NCBI GenBank assembly: GCA_964016885.1
Contig: OZ024750.1
Location: forward strand, 15,748,001 to 15,812,000
Length of the DNA: 64,000 nt
Origin: Eledone cirrhosa
Lineage: Eukaryota
Direction of reading: 5' to 3'
Part shown: positions 59,134-64,000 of the stretch, piece by piece
Layout: every line of letters begins with the position of its first letter
Numbering within the stretch: the first letter of the stretch is position 1
The notes under the pieces: model-generated
Told to the model about the DNA's origin: nothing
Seen by the model: only the letters and a program-made list of their open reading frames with translations
Database searches by the model: none
Position numbers and translations under genes: made by a program

Positions 59134-59361
59134 GATATATATATATATATACACACACACACAAACACATATATGCATGCCTATATATTTGTGTATTTCT
59201 AAATACGCATATATACGCAAATGTTAAGACTATACCCATTTATTTAAAAATACCTTTCAGCTTCGCTGCGTGAAGATAAAATCTTAAGTATACTAACAAT
59301 GAATTTGTCTGACTTTACTAAGAGCATGAGGCCTTTCTACGTGTGTATATGCTTATATGTA

Positions 59362-59401
<40 letters not shown>

Positions 59402-59597
59402 TGTGTGTAATCCAGCGTGAAAAGGTGCGTGAGTTGATGTGTATGTGTGTGCATGTCTGAAGGAGTGTGTGTGAGTTCGTGTGTGTGAAAATATCTGACA
59501 GAGACTTGATGACGTCCATGATTGAGTGACATCAGATTGGTATTAATTGTAAACATCAAAGGCATGTATGTATATAAAATTGTATTAATTGAAGTTC

Positions 59598-59682
<85 letters not shown>

Positions 59683-59929
59683 AAGCACAAGCACAGGTTC
59701 GCACATATGCCTCAGAGACCCTCATACCCCATACACAACAACAAACTTATCAACAAATTGCAGGAGAGTGAAGGACTGTAGCTATATATATAACACGCTA
59801 TTATTGTCAACTAGTATCAGATTAACTCGGAAGGTTGCACGTTTCATTTTTACAAATACTTCGTTCCTGTGAAGTTGTTAAGTGTTGTTTTTTGAAAAAG
59901 CTTCGGTCACGAAACATATCATCGAAGAA

Positions 59930-60061
59930 ATGGAGACGGAACAGAAATGGATAGCAATCTTTGAAGAACTTGATTCAGATAAGGGAGGCACCCTGTCTGT
60001 TGATGAATTGCATCTAGGTCTACAAGAAAGAAATATACATGTCAGCAAATTTGCAATCGAG
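59930..60061 (+). CDS. First coding exon of a calmodulin-like EF-hand protein
   Basis: METEQKWIAIFEELDSDKGGTLSVDELHLGL...; 12-residue EF loop DSDKGGTLSVDE; candidate acceptor at 59900; phase-0 donor GAG|gtaggt at 60062. Confidence 0.8.
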
Positions 60062-60407
60062 GTAGGTGGGTTATTCATATAAACATATACACACACAATT
60101 TTCATTCCATTCCTTCCGCTTCGCACGCTCGGCCTTCTCTGTATACCATCCTGTAGGTAAAGAAGTAAAGGAGAGGGGAGCACCTTCTCCATGTGCTCCC
60201 CGGGCAAAGGATTGCACACTTTTTCGGGGGTGTGTGCAACCCCCATCACGTCCCCTCCCTTTTGAGGTTATTTTCGATTATTTTCATGTTACACCCTTTT
60301 TACTCGATTATATGTAAACTCCCCTTTTGTATTTGTCCCTTCTTTTTATGCCTTTATGGTAAATAAAGAAATCTATCTTCATATTTCATCTTTTATTTCT
60401 CATTCTA

Positions 60408-60443
60408 TCTTCTGATGAAGGATTAGTGTCCGAAACGTTAAGA
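60408..60443 (+). ncRNA. Minimal hammerhead, family F
   Basis: tctt-CTGATGA-aggattagtgtcc-GAAA-c-GTT-aaga. Confidence 0.7.
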
Positions 60444-60847
60444 CTCTCTTCCTGCTATATCAAGAGTTAAACTAATATATTTCTTCATTGTACTGCGTTG
60501 TTTCCGTTTACCTTTTGCACACACTTATATATATATATGTGTGTGTGTGTGTGAAACTGCAGTAGGGACGTTCTAGGTAAATAGGTAAATATTTCTTTAT
60601 CTTACTTGCGTTTCCCAAATATTATATATATATTGATTTTTATATATCTATTGATTATATATCTATTGATTTTTCCCTGGATTTCACTAAATTCTGTTGG
60701 ATAAATCTATATCCTGATTCTTTTTGAATTGAGTTTGAATTATTTTTCACACATCTTACGTTAACTATTTTCCCATTTTGACGCTATAGTCACTTATATA
60801 TTATGGAATACTGTTGGCTTCTTGCTACAATACTTTCTATACCTTTC

Positions 60848-61448
<601 letters not shown>

Positions 61449-61984
61449 TATGTATGTATATAAATTTCAAATCATGTCGGTGTCGTTTTTGCCATCCGTT
61501 CTTTCGAGGTCAATAACATCATGTAATGGGTCAATGTAATCAATTATATTACTTCTTCCCCGTGGTTTTATGTCAATGGTAGAGATCAGTATAACAGTGA
61601 GTATTTACAATGTCAGCCACATACAGGATTGAGACGTGTGTAACTCGAACATACAGGATTGAAACATGTGTGACTCCTGCTGCACAGTTCATAAAATGGA
61701 AAATCGTTATGAGAATTTGAGTAAAATATATTGAATTTTACTGAATTGATATTTTTAGGCTCTTGTCATCGGTGTTTTTGGTTGCCTGTATCAACAGTTT
61801 TGTATGTAAGGGCCCGTAATTCCAAAGGAAGTCGTAGAGGTGCCATATTGACATACGGCGTTTCTAGGGCATTTTTTTTTAAAACCTTGCGGAGCCCATC
61901 TCCTCTCCAGGTCTGAATGCAAAAAATGTTTTCCAGAGAACGGATAAAGAGAGTGAGAGAATGGAAGTGAGAAAGAGATATAGA

Positions 61985-62148
61985 GGAAGAATCGACCTCA
62001 GTACTTGACTGTACTTTTTTATCGACTTTGAATGGATGAAAGGCAAAATTGACCTCGGAGGGATTTTGAACTCAGACAGCAGAGTGCCGAAATGAATATT
62101 GCAAAGCATTGTATCTGTCGTTTCAACGACTCTCTCAGTTACCTGCCT
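61985..62148 (-). mobile_element. Older SINE copy
   Basis: Diverged family consensus. Confidence 0.7.
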
Positions 62149-62393
62149 TATATCTTCAGTTTTAGGGACTGGAAATACTTGCAAAATATTCCGTCAAAAA
62201 TGTTACAATAACTTTCAGGAATAACAATAACTTGGACTGAATCGTATGTTTTTATTTAATGTTATTAATCACAGTAACTTCAGAAATACTATAATATTCT
62301 TAATTCAAAATTAAAGAAAGAAATTTACAATCCCTCGCTTGCATATTAAAAAAAAAAAGAAAAATAGAAAAAAAGGCCTTAAATAGGAATAGG

Positions 62394-62542
62394 GGAAGGG
62401 AGTGGCATATTTTACACTCCAGCCCAGGTAATATGTCACGGTTATGGAGGAGGGAGTGGCATATTTTACACCCCAGTCCAGGTGATATATCTCAGTTGTG
62501 GGGGAGGGAGCGGCAGACGTTACACCCCGGCCTAGATAATGT
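62394..62542. repeat. ~54-bp tandem repeat, 3 diverged copies
   Basis: agggag(t/c)ggca...ttacac.cc.g.c.ag.t.at. Confidence 0.75.
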
Positions 62543-62779
62543 TTCAGCTGCAGCCGCGGAGAAGAGCCAGCGACACCTGTTACATCAGTCTCTCTGCCTT
62601 ACCTTCAGATGACATGCACCCCTGAAGATTTTGCAGGAGAAAACGGCAGTTCAGGGATCGAGGAACACACGGGTGTTGACGACGACCAGCATGAAAAGGA
62701 AGCGATCAATCAAGTCCTGAATTGAATTAAATTAAACTCAGAAAAACAAAAGAAAACAAAAATGTGACCTGTTGTAAAG

Positions 62780-62975
62780 CAGACCTGTCAACTCTCTCCG
62801 TCGGACGGGGAGATCTCCTACCCACTTTGGAGTGAGTGAGAGATGTCTTCTCTTGTGAAAATGGGTATAGCTTTCATTAAGTAAAATCTCCCCATTTTGT
62901 CTCATTTCTCCCTGTTTTGGGGTCCTTTTTTTTCATGGTACTCTCTGTATGGGTTTTTAGAAGTTGGCAGGTCTG
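62780..62975. mobile_element. hAT-like MITE
   Basis: TIRs cagacctgtcaact / agttggcaggtctg. Confidence 0.65.
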
Positions 62976-63269
62976 GTAAAAATCAGACGTTCAGCAGCTG
63001 TGAGTAGAGTTTCACCTGACTGAGTATATAGGCCATCGCTTCATATCCTTTTACATCTGGATCTCGTCCTAAATTTAAATATTCAATGTTCAATTACTCA
63101 TTAAACATAGCCGTGGGGTGTCTTTATAATTAGATTCAACTTACTGGCTTTAAGTAACCCTACAAAACAGAAGTAGGTGGAGAATTTTATCACTACTATA
63201 AATTACGAGACAAGATGTATGTATGCATTGATGCATAACGATGCATACATGATTGCATACAAACATACA

Positions 63270-63727
63270 TACATGATGGATGCAACTCGATTTGGAGTAA
63301 TGCCAGCACGGACGTGACTTTTTAGTCCTGCTAGGGAATTGCCTATGGCCAGCAATGCCATGCATCGCAAACAATGCCTGTGTTTGAAGCTTTTTTAAGT
63401 GAGGAAAGGCTTTGCGCGGGGCCAATCCCACTCTCTCAACATCGAATGCATTTGGCCAAAGAGAAGAACTGGTCTACATCATTGGATGCAAACGAAATCG
63501 CAGGTTTTATGTAAGACTGACCTGACCGTCTCCTAGAAAGATGTCTTACTGAAGACTAGGAGTCTCTCGCCCAGAAAAATACACTTTATTGGATGGCCGT
63601 TGGTTCTCCTGAGTTCCGCCGCCTTTTGACGGTTTTTTTTTTTTTTTCCATCCCGCGGAGTGTCCAAATATGACCCTCCTCAACAAGCAAGCTTGGTGGA
63701 GTTGCAGGTTTAGTCGTCGACGACCCA
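63270..63727 (-). mobile_element. Older bipartite RTE derivative
   Basis: RTE 5'UTR homology ending in gactaaaaagtcac...gagttgcatccatca(tgta). Confidence 0.75.
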
Positions 63728-64000
63728 ACCACTACCACTACTACTACTACTACTACTACCACTACCACTACTGCTACTGCTGCTAATACTACTACAACTA
63801 CTACCACTACTACTACAACCACTACTACTACTACTACTACTACTATTACTACAACCACTACTACTACCACCACCACTATTACTACTACTACCACCTCCAC
63901 CACTACTACTACTACAACCACTACTACTACCGCCACCACCATTACTACTACTACAACTACCACTACTACTACTACTACTACCACTACCACTACTACTACT
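63728..64000. repeat. (ACT/ACC)n trinucleotide repeat
   Basis: Direct inspection. Confidence 0.95.

Noticed and set aside
62589-62725. Acceptor ccttaccttcag as the next exon of the EF-hand gene
   Set aside because: Phase-0 translation has no EF-hand, and the sequence resembles a repeat also seen at 49390-49490

Overview
AT-rich, microsatellite-saturated animal genomic DNA. It is most likely an octopod cephalopod; this is inferred from my recollection of the dominant tRNA-derived SINE and is not verified. Most ORFs in the supplied track are microsatellite or SINE artefacts. Supported content: (1) about 30 copies of one SINE family, some in head-to-tail arrays. (2) A dense population of Penelope-like element (PLE) termini inserted in (TA)n tracts. 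Many are long fold-back palindromes carrying hammerhead ribozymes on both strands. I count 19 motifs with intact CUGANGA/GAAA/NUH cores, several with unusually large stem II domains, plus variant-core families. One copy is still attached to a GIY-YIG-type ORF end. (3) A 3.4-kb decayed RTE LINE with an ~235-bp target duplication and three C-terminal C2H2 fingers, plus a replicating 5'UTR+3'end bipartite derivative. (4) Fragments of CRE-, R4/Dong-, RTE-, mariner-, hAT- and Merlin-like elements. (5) Two host-gene exons: a secreted prepropeptide with RY-amide/KY-amide repeats (50552-50792, minus) and an EF-hand exon (59930-60061, plus). Repeat boundaries are approximate to within a few to tens of bases.
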